Assembly (NCBI GenBank): GCA_965645245.1
Contig: OZ287068.1
Coordinates: 620,001-684,000, forward strand
DNA from: Massalongia carnosa
Taxonomy: Eukaryota
Direction: 5' to 3'
Length of the DNA: 64,000 bases
In this document: positions 36,901 through 50,217 of the stretch, one piece after another
Layout: each line of letters begins with the position of its first letter
Numbering within the stretch: the first letter of the stretch is position 1
Position numbers and translations under genes: made by a program
Notes under the pieces: generated by a model
The model's database searches: none
Seen by the model: only the letters and a program-made list of their open reading frames with translations
What the model was told of the DNA's origin: nothing

Positions 36901-39277
36901 ACCATTCAAGAGCCGCGAAGAGATGATCTCGTGCGTGAGAATTCCGATGAATCGGTAAGCGGCCGTGGTATGAAGCCTTCTCATCGACCTGGACCCTCGA
37001 CATTATCCAATGGCCAGTCTTTTCGATCGACCTACTCTGGATCGAGGTCGTTAAGAAAATACGCTTCATTTCAGAGCAGCATTAACCGAGTTCCACCAGA
37101 TTATCGATTTAACGGTGTGACGAGTTCCGATTCATTCCCAAGAACATCAACCGATGTCTCTGATCACCCACCCGCCAGAATGCTGCGAAGACGTCCGGGT
37201 GGGGATCTCCGCGCTCACCAAAACGTGCATGATCTCGAAATGATCCCAAGGCCAAGGTCTGCAGGCTCGATTAACACGTATACAGATTCCGTGCGGGCGT
37301 CGGAATTGTACATGAACAGGCCGGCCAAAAACTCGCAAAAGTATGGTTCTCCACCGTCACCGCCAATAGAAAGCGTAGTGCCTATCTCCGGAAAGCCTCT
37401 TTCGCTGGTACGAACGCACTCGTCACAACCTGCTCTGCGTCCATCGTTCGAAGCTGCTGTTGCAGAGTTCGCCAGGATACCGGACGATGAGGGAGGCGAT
37501 ATCGAAGCTACCCTGCTAAAACTAGAGGGTAAATATCGAAAAAGCCCTCCAATCGAGGTAAATCCAGTAGGGCCAGACAATCAACACCTTGCGAATGATG
37601 CTGTGCCACTCGAGCAGGATCTCAGCGACCCCAGCAACATCGAGGTGGAACGTCAATCCACCCCCAAAGAATCTGTAATCATCTCTGCTCCTCCTTATCC
37701 CGCATCACTCGAAGACCTCCGAGATGATGCCACACCCACGGGCGAGCGAAGCCAAAGCCTCAGGTATAACATGGCTTCAAGCCTCTACGCCGAATCGGAA
37801 GAATCTTATAACTCCACTCCCTTGCTCGATCGGGGCCTGAGCACCAAGTCAGGGTCAGGAGATCACACGAGCTCCGAGCGATCAAAAGTCTCTATGCCTC
37901 AGCCTCTGTTCAGTCGCAATCAAAGCGAGATAGATTACAAGACCAACCTCTTGATGCCTATGGGGGAGCCTGAAATTGATACCGATAGCCAAAGAAGGTT
38001 TAGATACCGTTCCTCAATCCCCACCACCACGGACTCGTTCCTTCTCGACGAAGACGAGTTCCTGAGTGACCTGTCCTCGGAGATGTCCATGGAAATGGTC
38101 GACCGCGAGGGACCAACCGAGCATCGGTTTGGATCATCCACAGAGCTTGTTCATCATGGAATGTTACCACCCAATCTTGAGCGTGTCACAGCATCATCGC
38201 CCCACCCTCCTACTCCTCCGGTGAGCAAGGAGGCCGCGATGGCGGTTACCTCTCAGACTGACCGTTTCCATGAACAGCGAAAGCCCCCTACCCCAGGGCC
38301 GTCGCCTGACAACAAGTACATCGAACCAGCGAAGAGATGCACACCCGAGATTCCCAAGGTGATTACGCCCCAAGTACCAATGGCTCCAATCCAGAAATAC
38401 CCCTCCCATCGCCATTTGCCCTTCGTGCTCACTTTTGACTCGGCCGTAATTGCCGAGCAACTCACCATCATCGAAAAAGACGCGCTCAACGAGATCAACT
38501 GGCAAGACTTGATCAACATGCGCTGGCACCACACCTCGCCCTCCACGCTGAACTGGGTTGATTACCTACGCACCCAAGAACCCACGGGCATTGAACTCGT
38601 CACTGCTCGTTTCAACGTTATGGTTAAATGGGTGCTCTCGGAAGTTGTCTTGACGCAAAGTGTGGAGGAGCGAGCTTTGACTTTGATAAAATACATCCAT
38701 ATTGCCAAGCACGCGCGAAAGGTGCACAACTATGCCACAATGCTGCAGCTCACAATTGCGTTGACGTCCATTGATTGTTCGCGGTTGACCAAAACGTGGG
38801 ACCTGGTGGCTCTGGCGGAGAAGAAGGCGCTGAAGGATTTGGAGAATCTTATCACGCCAATCAAGAATTTCCATAATCTACGGCAGGAGATGGAGACGGC
38901 GAACGCGGACGAAGGCTGTATTCCGGTTGTTGGTGAGTTCTAAACCCGTTCCGACACCCAACTTTGTTCAATAGAAGATTTTTAATACAAAATGTCTATA
39001 TGACTAACCAACCCTTCTCACCACAGCGCTGTATTGTCACGACCTAACCTACAACTCTCAAAAACCGTCTCAGATCGCCAGCACGCGCAGCGGGGAACCT
39101 TTGATCAACTTCGAACGCTATCGCACCACGGCCACCATCGTCAAGAGCCTCTTGCGCCTCATCGACGCGAGCGCCAAGTACACGTTTCAGCCCGTGGAGG
39201 GTCTGATAGAGAAGTGTCTCTGGATGGCTTCGTTGTCGGACGAGGGCATTCGCGTGAGGAGCAAGGAGCTAGAATGA
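33946..39277 (+). CDS. Ras-family guanine nucleotide exchange factor, Lte1-like (RasGEF_N + RasGEF)
   Basis: Exons 33946-34319, 34413-38932 and 39027-39277. RasGEF_N motifs LSDFFLTVRSY and VRAFAALRHWILNYF. RasGEF motifs IAEQLTIIEK, ARFNVMVKWVLSE, HNYAT, GCIP, LINFER. Confidence 0.9.
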
Positions 39278-39712
39278 ATGAATGGATAGATGGGATGGGA
39301 AGGGGCGGGATTGGTTTCGGGGTGGAAATGGGGGCTTTTTTTTTCTAGCGAGGTTTTTTTGGGCTGCGGATCCGGGAGGATGTTCGTGATGGGGATGGGA
39401 TGGGATGGGATGGCATATTTTTCATGACAACCAGTGCGTAGCTATAGGACTCGGTCCGGACAGGCGCATTCTTATGATCTTCTTTTCAGAGTAACCCCCC
39501 AACATAAAAGGGGAACGGAGGAAAGGGAGAGGAAAGGAAATGGGGCGAAAACGGTATGTTTACGGGATAGTACATGAGGGATGGGATGCGATGTGATGCG
39601 AGGGTCAACACGACCGACCAACCGACCGGATGCCTTTTCTGTTCCAGAACAGACCCAGGGAGGGACGGGGGGTTTTTTATCACGCCATTTAATGACTAAC
39701 TTGTGTCGTTTT

Positions 39713-39756
39713 ATTATTATCATTATTATTATTATTGCTACTATTATTGTTATTTT
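39713..39756. repeat. (TAT)n imperfect microsatellite
   Basis: attattatcattattattattattgctactattattgttatt. Confidence 0.8.
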
Positions 39757-40169
39757 TCGATTCTCTGTCCTTGCCGTGAAGATGATAATGATGGGTCCAA
39801 CCAATATTGGCATGGATATGAAATGAGGGGTGGAGGTAAAGGGTCAAGTAAATGGGAGGAGGAGGCCGGAGAGCGGGGGAAAATGGAAAAGGGGGGGGGG
39901 TCAAATGTTTTCCGAACGCTTCAATTTACTGAAAAAAGTCGGCTAAAGGCAAGCGTAGCGCATATATCGAATCGTGAACCATACGTTATTCATAGGAAAT
40001 TGCCCATTTTCGTATAAAACATCGAAAAACCATAATCCACCAACTCATGACTCCTCCTTCTAGCTTTTCTTGTCCCGTCTTGGATCCAAATTAGTTCTCA
40101 TCGTACCGTACGTGCGTGTGTCGTACAGACAAGCAAATGCATTCTCCTCCACGGCCAAAATCAAACTAT

Positions 40170-41074
40170 TCAAGAGGTCAAGCCCAACTTCTGCTTCTTG
40201 ATCCTCGGAACCACTCCCACCAAGGTGATGATCGACGCCACAATCACAGCCCACAGCTGAATGTGCAACACACTCTTGTTGTACGCCGTCTGGGTCGCGG
40301 TTGCCACCGCCGCGAACGAGAGCACTAGAATCACGTACCCGCTTGCCCGGTGATATTTGTAAATGGCCTTTGCGCTGTCGACGCTGCCGAACAGGGTGGG
40401 AGTATAAAACTGCGCGATTCCGACCAGAGCCTGGAGGAAAAAAAGTATGTAGACGATCAGGCCGATGATGTTGTGGGGGGTTCCGAAATGGGCGCCATTA
40501 TGAGCGAACTTGTTGTATTCGATGATTATGAGACCACCGAGGAGACTTAAGACGCTAGTAGTGTTCAAGATGGCGTGAATGTGGGTACCTTGCTTTTTTT
40601 GCTGTGGGGTGTGGGTTGGTTGGAGGAGCAGAATGGCTTGGGTGGTCAGAAGAATGCCGGCCGAGTTAAGGAGCTAGTTCGCCTCAAAAGTCAAAAGGCA
40701 ACGTATGAATGGCGGATGGGAAAGAATGAGGATCGAAGCCTACAGGATGAGCGGAAAAGAGCGATACGCTGTGGAGAAAGACGCTGGCCCAAATTGTCGC
40801 AGCAAGCTTCAAGACATTAGCATACGCGTACACAGGAAGGCTGAGCAAAGACGGACGATCCAGGTTCCAACTTGTGCGATCACGGCGGTACCTTGTGTTT
40901 CAGTGAGCAAATAGTACTGTGACTTAGGGCGGACAACGTACCAAGCACGAGGTTATACTGCAAGCCAATCCCATCCTGCTGCGACGCATCTCCAGATCGG
41001 CCGAGGAGAGGCTCATCCTCACCTCGACCTTCGGCGGCAGGATTTTCCTGCGGTATTCCAGTGGCAGAAGACAT
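40170..41074 (-). CDS. Cytochrome b561 domain membrane protein
   Basis: Exons 41074-40942, 40891-40857, 40806-40744 and 40673-40170. Four heme-ligand His motifs (LFSAHP, HIHAILN, HF.TPH, YKYHR.SGY) lie among hydrophobic helices. Confidence 0.9.
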
Positions 41075-42069
41075 GTCGTTCCAGTGAGAATCCGGTCAAA
41101 CACCACAAGACTGAAGATCAAGGCAAGAGCAGCGGGAGATCTGAAAAGGGGAGCGAGAGAGTTAAAGAAGACGAAGCTCAGGAGGTTGAATGGGGGATGG
41201 AGTCGAGATGATGAGGTAGATACTCTGTGCTCTGTATGTGATATTGAGGGGGTGTACTCTGTATTATGCATCAATATGCAACGCCTCGTCCCAATTCACC
41301 CCAATCCAGCTGACAGGCAAGCTTCGACCAATCAGGAGCAAGCTCGTCATGTTCATTTATCATCCATCCGAATTAGGGCTAAACGCGCATATTTCGGAAG
41401 TCAGCACGCTAACCACGGCCCCGAGTTCGACATTTATCCGAACTGGACCGACCAAAAGCACTGAACACCTGTATAACCAACCACAGACAGACAGATACAC
41501 AGCATTATTCTCCGTGGATCTCCTCACTCCTCGAGCAAGCCACGTAGAGGACTCTAGAGCGCACCGTACGTCTATACGGACCGAACTCTTGTCACTGTCA
41601 TACGCGCGGGCTACCTGTGATGGCTGTGAATAAAGTTAGGTAGGTAGTGGTTTCTCACCGTAAGGGTTCTTTGGGCAATGACGTCATGCGGGGCGGGGAT
41701 TTGCCAATTTCAAGGACAATGGCGGCAAAGTTAGCGTAGGGCATACCGGAGAAAGACCCTAACATATAGTAGCATGACGATGGGTAGGGCGAGGCATAGC
41801 CGTACTGTCACTGACAACCTAGGTTCCTGCCTAAGGGAAATACACATTTTACCATTTGTCAAATTCGATGCGTCTAGATTGTCCTCGGAGGAACGACCAG
41901 TGATGAAATCTATTGGCACCCAATGTATATGGATACCAAAAACAAATCCTACTTCAGCAAAACTCCACGGTGAAACCGTCGTGTTAAGTCGTTCGTCACC
42001 GACTCGATATCTTAACGAACATCTTCAACCGAAACATCAACTCTCACAAGTGTCGATACCTAAAGTTCG

Positions 42070-42768
42070 TCATGCGTTCCTGTAAATCCTCAATATTTCA
42101 TCAGCAAGCGTCTTGGTATCGTCGTCGGAGACGGGTAAATGATGCCCATTTTCGAACTCTAGAATGGTCGCGGTGCTCGGGTCGAAACACCGAGCAAGCA
42201 ATTGGCCTCTCTTAAGATAAACGTCGGATTTCCCGTGAACATGTACGCTGGGAAGGTGAATGCGGGCTTCGTGCCTGTCATCCCAATCGCTGACGATCGA
42301 ATAAGTCGTCGGCGGGAACACGGTGGAAGGGTTGGACAACTGTCGCATGGGAGGATACGCTCCGTTGAGGAACACGCCAAATCGCAAGTTCGGCGCCACT
42401 GCGTGGGTCAGCTCTTGCTCCTGCAAAAGCCCAGCGGCCACTCTGGTCCCTTGAGAGAATCCGAGAACCCCCACAACAGGCCTGCCATCCTGCTTGTGCA
42501 GCTCCCGTTGTAGAATCAATCTGACGCGCCCATCGTCCTCTTCATTCCTCGCGATCCACTGGAAAAATGGTCCAGCACTTTCGAAAACGGGGACCACCCC
42601 GGGACCTGGTTCCGACTCGACCGGCGCGTTCACGAAGACCAAGTGAAAATGCGAACGGAGTGCATGTTGGAGTTTGCGCGTTTGAAAGGAAAATATCAAC
42701 GCGGAAGTACCTCCGCCGTGAAAGCAGAGTATTCGCGGGAGAAGTGTGTCGTTGGAGGTCATCCCCAT
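42070..42768 (-). CDS. FSH1/DUF341 serine hydrolase (esterase)
   Basis: Intronless ORF with RILCFHGGGTS, GFSQG nucleophile elbow, HVHGKSD and GHHLP (Ser-Asp-His triad). Confidence 0.92.
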   Translation of the reverse strand: MGMTSNDTLLPRILCFHGGGTSALIFSFQTRKLQHALRSHFHLVFVNAPVESEPGPGVVPVFESAGPFFQWIARNEEDDGRVRLILQRELHKQDGRPVVGVLGFSQGTRVAAGLLQEQELTHAVAPNLRFGVFLNGAYPPMRQLSNPSTVFPPTTYSIVSDWDDRHEARIHLPSVHVHGKSDVYLKRGQLLARCFDPSTATILEFENGHHLPVSDDDTKTLADEILRIYRNA

Positions 42769-44370
42769 CACTTTGAGACGCTGACAATGTGTAACTATTT
42801 GAATTCCCTGCAACGATAATGAACGAGACACCGTACGGCTTGGAGAGGTCCTCTGTATTCGGTACTCTGTACAGAATACGGTAGATGACAAAATCCCTCG
42901 GTTGCCTCGCTTAACGAACCAGCTACTCTGTTACTCTGTTACACTGGTACTCTGTTACTCATGTGGCCCAGAAAGTTTGTCGTTTCCATTTCGAGTTAGC
43001 GTTACACAAAATCAGATGCGATAGTTTGGGAATGTAGGTTTACATGAAGTGATTCTATTGGCCACAATCCCTACTCTACGCTAGCCATAGAAGGAAACAA
43101 CAGACTTCTAGGCCACACGAGTACGGATTACAACGTACTCTGTTCCCGTACTCTGTACTCCGTAGTCAACGGATATCTCCTATGGCCCTGTCGTGTTAAC
43201 TTAGCCCCCAACACATGATGAGTCACGTGCGAACTAGCTGACGTTTGCGCCTGACATCGGAGGAAATACTTTGACTTTCCGTCCCTTGCCACTACCACCA
43301 CAAGTACCCTTTTTGTTTGGAGGGCATGTTTTTGGCCGACAAACTGCCAGTCCTGTCATTGGTCCAAACGGAACCAACTGTTCCTTGCATCTCTCCTCTC
43401 CTCACCTCCAAAAAATCAAACATTGCAAACACGATTGTCTCCGGCTTCTCCGAAAATCCCGCTGTCATAGAGTTCAGAGTGCCCACCGTTCCCCTCTTCG
43501 TCCCCCCCTCCCCCTCCCAAAAAAAACCGAAAGAAGACGTCTGTCAAAACCATGTACACAGGACGAACCGACAAACAAAAGCCGGCTTAGCGGTGACAGC
43601 GCATCAGACAGATGAGTTTGACCTTTCTCTGCTCACATTGGCCCTTCAACGGGCGTTTCGGCTTGACTTCCCTATTCCTGGCTTGGAGAATGTAGTCGTT
43701 GCATAGCTGGGAGGGATTCCGTCAGTGCCAATGCACTCCATCCCACAGAAGATCGCCTACGATGTGACGGGCGAAAATGCAACCCCAATCCCAACGCTGC
43801 AGTCACCGGACTATCAATCTCTCTCGTCCTTCGCCCCAAATGCTCCTAATCGCACCAATGGCCGCGTCTAACACAGCCCATGGTGCTCAGGATGCTCAAA
43901 AGCAGCGACGGATCGGGCGGCCATGTTAACCAGCAAGGAGGGTCTGTACGCCCAATGACAGGATGGATTCACGGCCGGGGAAGGAGGGGATACGGGCTAG
44001 AAACTCTAGTTGGACCAGATAATGCATCATATTCAGCTTCAAAGCGGGGTTCGGGCCTGGCGGTCAGGGAAGGGTATGAGCCATGGCCCTCGATCAACTC
44101 ACGGTCAGGTTCCGTGGGAAATGGGTATAAAAAGGAGGTCAACGACTGCTCCCTCCGTCTTCTTTTCTCCTTCCTCTCTATATTCTCCGAATTCTTTGGC
44201 CACCGCTTCTGGAGCCTTTCGTCCTTTATATTCAGCAAACTCGACGTCGGCCCCCTCCCGTCTTACCGTGCTTGCATCCGAGCCTGATCCTAGCACTACT
44301 ATCCGTCCCCCACCTCATCCGCTGTCTCAAGCCATCATCCTCGTTTGCCTCCACCATCATCTACCTTACC

Positions 44371-45088
44371 ATGCCGTCTGCCCAGACCATTCATCCCACC
44401 TCCCCTCCTACCATTCCTCTGGCCATGCCAGGGAAGTCTCCTTACTATTCTCCCCCGACACAGCAGATCCCCTATAGCCGCCTTGTCATCTCGCCGCCTC
44501 AACCTGGGTCAAGCGTAAACACGTCTGCAGTGCCATCCTTGACATCCGGTAGCTACCCAGGCAGCACCACCGGGGACCACGAAAGTTCCAACGGCGCTAC
44601 GTCCGGTATAGATCTGGTGGAGATGCTCAATGACCGTCTCAGCAACGCTGTGGATCCACTCCCTTTAGACAGAAGTCTGGCCCGACAAGCTCAAACGTGA
44701 GTTGCTGGAATCTCGCTTCTACCGCAAAGCTAATTGGCTAATCAATTTTCAGTTCCGGCGAACTCAACGCCAAGCACCGCGAACTCCTCGAACTGCAAGC
44801 CCTTGCCCAACGTCGTCTTAAAAGCACCCGCGCCAATTTTGCCGACGGAATGAGAGCCGCCAAAGAAGTTAAGCGGGATCTCGAGTGGACCCAGAAGCGT
44901 GTCACGTAAGTCAACGAAATCCCCCGGAAGAAGCCCTTTGATGGCTTTTTTTTCTTCGTTTCGGAACCTTTTCGAAGATCGCCGAGTTGACATTGGCAAA
45001 CAGAGCCCTTAAGACCAAAACGGAGCGTAAATATCCCACCGAATACCGAGCGGCCAATGAACGATACCCCGCCGCCGTCGACTATTGA
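44371..45088 (+). CDS. KXD1: KxDL-motif protein, BLOC-1 subunit Kxd1-like
   Basis: Exons 44371-44696, 44753-44905 and 45004-45088. Spliced peptide DPLPLDRSLARQAQTSGELNAK...AKEVKRDLEWTQKRVTALK...YPTEY contains the KxDL motif. Confidence 0.85.
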
Positions 45089-46078
45089 CCGATGTATAAG
45101 ATCTTTTACCTCTCCTTTCACCACCATTTCCGCTTGTCCAACATCAATCCCCTGGATTTCAAAGGAACTACTCGCTTGTCGTTGAGAGAGAGTTATGATA
45201 TTTTACGCTAGTGACGAACTTGGAGTTGATTATTCCGTGCAGCCGCCCTGGCGTTAGTCTCTCGCTGCTTTTGCTTGTTGGAAACGAGGAGGTTTAATCT
45301 GTAGCGCTTCCTTTTTACGCGCGGCTGTTTTGCATTTCCCTGTACCACGCATCGGCCGAATGAGTGGAGGGGGGGGGGGCGCAAGAAAGCCGATTCGCTG
45401 TCTCGTTAGCCTGAGATGACGGTGGTCAGCTAGCTAGTCTGAGTGGCAGTCTTTTTTTGGCCATTACCGGGGGGGGCCGGAGGGCCCGAAGGCCAGAGGG
45501 GATGGAAGGTGGCACGAGGGCTGCAGCCCTTTGCTGGCGGGGCCCCGTGGCTAGGGCGGGCCGACGCGCTGGGACAAGGGCTCCTTTGTGATTGGGTTTC
45601 GCGAATTGGCGTTTATTTATATTTTTTTTTGTTTTTTGGATATCCGTGAGCGTGGGTGGTTTCTTCAGCGACCTTTAGCTTTCGTTTGTTATGTAGGTTA
45701 GCGGGATTGCAAAAGAAAAGACTGCTATTTGAGTTCGTCCAGGGTACGAGATTACGGCCCGTGTACGTATGAATGTATCTATACCGCCTGAATACATTGA
45801 TAGGTAGGCAGGCAAACGCCCACTTTACGAACGAAGCGTTGAGATCCTCCTAATCGCCAGCTAAATCTCCTTTTCCCCTTCCCATCCTCCCGGCCCCCGC
45901 AGCACGCCCCCCCGACCTTATCATCACCACCCCTACTACCATGAACCAGCCTATTTTCGGGTTCCGATACGACCCTTTTCTCTCACCTTTCACCTTCCGC
46001 ACGTAAGGGATGGGAGAGGGAGAGGGAGAGGAAGAGGTAAAACGGAGATGTCGCTGGGTCTTGGTTGGTTTTCGGAAC

Positions 46079-47331
46079 TTAATTGGGTTTGGGATTGGGC
46101 CTTGTAGACGACGAGGATGGGATAGGGGGGAAAGCTTTGGTGGTGCGTCGTTTGCTGCTGCTGCTACGCTGGTGGTGGTGGTGGTGGTGGTGGTGGTGGG
46201 AGGAGGATATATGGTGACGGTGACGGCGATGGTGGCGGTGGTGAGAATGACTGTGCTCGTGCCCGGCAACTTCTCTAGAAGAGGACGAATCTAAGCCGAA
46301 GCCGTCTGGGCCCCTGTCGTCGTCATTCCCTTTATCCTTATCATCATCACCCTCCTGCGATTCCCGTTTTCTCCTTCGTCGCCTCTGCTTCTCCCTCTCC
46401 CTTTCCGTCCCTGTCCCCGTCCCTGTCCTCCGCCCCGCTCGCTCCGAATCGTCCAGCTCCCGTATCTCCCGCCGTTGCTCCTCTCTCCACCGCGCCCGCT
46501 CCCTCTCCACGTCCTGCAGTTCCCGCACTCCACACTGGATCGCCGCTAGAGGATCGTCGGCAGCCAGACGCGCGGTTTGGCGTTCCACGCGGCGAGGGTC
46601 GGGGTTGCCCCAGATGTTTGTGGGATGGTGGGGTTCGGTTTTTCCAGTTACAGCATCACCGTCATGATGATCGTTTCGAGAATGGTGATACCAAGGGGTC
46701 TGCCCCACTGCTTGCTTGAAGCCCGCCGCGTTCGCGAACCGCATGGTGTATTGGTCCTCGAATTCCTGCTTCTTTCTCGCGGTTTCGGCTTCAGCTTCCG
46801 CGTTCTTGGGGCCATTACGCTGAGATGCGCCCTCGGCTGCAGTGGGGAAGAGGTTGATATGGCCCCGGGCATCCGTCAATGGGGCGTTGCTCGTTCGGGA
46901 CACCTTTGCCTCCTTGCGCCCCGTTTCTTGCTTTCGTACCGCCGCCGTAGTTTCCTCCAGCGCCACACGGATATCCCGCTCCGTGTCATCTTCACCCGCG
47001 ATACGCCGCCTCTTGCGCTCTGGTCCTCGCTGGCCGCCTCCATGGTGAGATGTTTCGCCTGTTTGGCGGTACTCCTCGACTAGCCGGGGGGGCGCATCGC
47101 TGGTTTGCTGGCCACGCAGGATCTGAATGCGACGCTCGGCGTCAGCTTCTTGCATGCGCTGCTCGTCGGCAGCTTCGCGCGCGGCGGCTTTGGCTTCGTC
47201 CTCCTTGACTTTGGCGATGTTGGCGGTATTGTAGACGTTCCATGATTTTTTGCCGAGGAGATGTCTGCCACGTGGGGTGATGAGTAGGATCGTGTGATGG
47301 GATTGGCAAAAGCAGGAACTTACAGCGGCAT
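46079..47331 (-). CDS. Cir_N-domain protein (LENG1-like, likely spliceosome-associated)
   Basis: 8-nt first exon 47331-47324 (ATG CCG CT|GTAAGT) and exon 2 at 47264-46079. Motifs MPLHLLGKKSWNVY..NI.KV..DE, GHINLF, PWY, DDPL; Arg/His-rich tail. Confidence 0.85.
46170..46200. repeat. (GGT)n repeat encoding poly-His on the minus strand
   Basis: About ten ggt units within the Cir_N gene tail. Confidence 0.9.
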
Positions 47332-47628
47332 TTTGAAGGATTCGCGGAGGTGTGAAGTTGTGGGGTTGGGTGATATTTGTATATGGAGGGCTTTGGAGTA
47401 ACTGAATTCAGGGTGGTCCGAGCTTCCGGCTCCCCGGTTTCTTTAAGTTAGCGTACTTAGGCGCCTCTTTATCGATAAACGTACATGGCTCACACACAGA
47501 GTAGATGTACCTATGCCGGGAAGCCACGTACGACTGTGTAGGCTGCCAAATATTCAAAAGCCACTATATCATACTCCTAACCGGATGCTGTGTTTCTGAA
47601 GAAAGAAACCCATTTCCAAGTTCCTAGG
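47332..47628. promoter_or_regulatory. Compact bidirectional promoter region between the Cir_N gene and sec18
   Basis: Head-to-head start codons about 300 bp apart. Confidence 0.55.
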
Positions 47629-50217
47629 ATGTTCGGCCGCAGCCCTCGACCTACCCCCCCCCCTCGACAACCTCCCCCACCTTCCGCAGGCCCATATAGT
47701 CGGATACCTCCAGGTGGATCCGAGGCTTATGAAGCTCCACCTTCATACGGTCGCCCAGCATCGGGGATTCAACGATCCGGCGGCTATGACGGGGCAACGC
47801 CTGAAAAGCATGAGTACTCCCGGGGACAGTCGGACGGTCCGCGAGGAGGTGGAGCCGGGTCAGGGGAGCAGGAATGGCAACTCCGACCCGCCAAGAGCCC
47901 AGGGAATCAGTTCATCTTTGGAAATCTGTATGCTTTTTTCGGCTCAATCGGGTTGACGACGAGCGGACCTATCAGGCTAACATTGCGATACAGAGTCGCC
48001 GTCTCGCCGTTTGATTTTCCTGCTGCGCGTGATGGCTCCGACTTTTACATTATACTCAATGGCTCCTACGTTCTTACGGCAAGAAGGGTCGATGGGTTCC
48101 CGCAGGGCCAGCTCAGTCTTTCCGATCCACAGCGAACGTGGGCTTCAATCAGCCTGATGGACACCGTGTCGGTCCAAATCTATGATCCTTTTCACGAAGG
48201 TGGCCATCGATACCTCGGTTCATTAGATGCTGAAATTAGTTTCGCAGGCAGGAAGACGACAGAGGCTCCTTTTGATCAAGATGAGCTTGCTCAGCATTTC
48301 ACAAAGGTGAATTATCTAACATCTAAGCGGATGTTTCCCAACTAAATAGCTTAGAACTTCGAAAACCAAATATTCGCGCCAAACCAACGTCTTCTCATGG
48401 ACTATAAAAGCCTTCCCCTTCTCGTGATACTCAAAACCGTCCAGCTTGTCGACCTTTCAATGAGCAAGCCTGCCGCTTCTTCAGAGCCAAGCCATATAGA
48501 TCCGCGAGCTCGCGGGATTCTCACTCGCCAAACACTGATGAACTTTTTCAAAGACTCCAAGTCTGGCATCAATCTGAAAGCCTCCAGCCGAAGACCAGCG
48601 GCAAATGCGATCCTTCAGCCGAATTTTAAATTTGAGGATATGGGAATAGGCGGCCTAGACAAGGAGTTCAGCGCTATTTTCCGAAGAGCATTTGCCTCTC
48701 GTATATTCCCCCCTGGACTGATAGAAAAACTTGGGATCCAGCATGTCAAGGGTATTCTGTTGTTTGGGCCTCCAGGGACAGGAAAGACGCTAATTGCTCG
48801 AAGGATTGGAAAAATGCTCAATGCGCGGGAGCCTAAGGTCATCAATGGTCCAGAGGTGCTCAATAAATATGTCGGCCAATCAGAAGAAAACATTCGAAAA
48901 TTGTTCGCCGACGCCGAAAAAGAGTACAAGGAGAAGGGTGACGAGAGTGGTCTTCACATAATAATATTCGATGAGTTAGATGCCGTTTGCAAGCAAAGAG
49001 GTAGCGGCGCAGGAGGAGGGACGGGTGTTGGTGACAGTGTTGTAAACCAGCTTCTCTCCAAGCTCGACGGTGTGGAGCAACTCAACAATATCCTGCTTAT
49101 TGGTATGACGAATCGCATGGATATGATTGATGATGCCTTGCTACGACCTGGTCGATTGGAAGTGCATATGGAAATATCTCTGCCAGATGAAAGCGGCCGC
49201 GTTCAGATTTTGAAAATTCATACTGCGAAGATGAGGGAGAGTGGCAACCTAGACCGTGATGTCGATCTCGAAGAGATTGCTCATATAACTAAGAATTTTA
49301 GTGGAGCTGAAATCAGCGGATTAGTGAGATCTGCTACGTCGTTTGCCCTGAATCGTCATGTCAAAGTTGGAACGGTCGCCGGAGTTGCCGACGATGTGGA
49401 TAAAATAACGGTAAACCGAGATGATTTTGAGCACGCCTTTGACGACGTGAAGCCAGCCTTCGGTGTCTCGGAAGATGAGATGCAGCGATGCCTCCGTGGC
49501 GGCATCATTCATTTCTCGCCTTTCATTGATAACATCCTCAACGAGGGAAGTCTAATAGTCCAGCAAGTCCAGGAACCAGATTCAACGCCCCTCTTCAGCG
49601 CGATTCTGCATGGTCCCCCCGGAAGCGGCAAAACGGCACTCGCCGCTAAAATCGCTCTGGATAGTAACTACCCTCTGATCAAGCTCTGCAGCCCGGATAA
49701 CATGATAGGATTCAACGAGTCGATGAAAATCGAGCATATGCGACGAATCTTTGACGACGCGTACAAAAGCCCTCTAAGCGTTGTGCTAATGGACAACATC
49801 GAGCGTATCGTCGATTGGGTGCCGATCGGACCGCGCTTCAGCAACGGCGTCCTCCAGGCCTTGATGGTTCTGCTGAAAAAGGAGCCTCCCAAGGGACGAA
49901 GACTCCTGGTACTGGCCACTACAGGAGAGCGATCTGTCATGCAACAGCTCGACCTTTTCACCGCCTTCGATTCGGACATTGCTGTACCGAACGTGAGCGG
50001 TTTCGCGGAGCTGTCCCGCATCCTAGAGCAATCTAAAGTATTTCAAGATCCAGCTCGCGCGATCAGCGAGCTGCGCGAAATGACCGGCACTGATTCTGTG
50101 GGCGTGGGCATTAAGAAGATTCTGTTGGGCATTGAAACGGCGAAGCAGGATCGGGATCGTGAGGGGCGTTTTGCAAATGTCATTGCGAGGGCGGTAGCGC
50201 AGTTAAGTGCTTTATAG
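47629..50217 (+). CDS. SEC18: Vesicle-fusing AAA+ ATPase Sec18/NSF
   Basis: Exons 47629-47927, 47994-48306 and 48355-50217. Motifs MGIGGLDKEFSAIFRRAFASR, Walker A GPPGTGKT, IIIFDELDA, ALLRPGRLEV, second Walker A GPPGSGKT. Confidence 0.97.
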
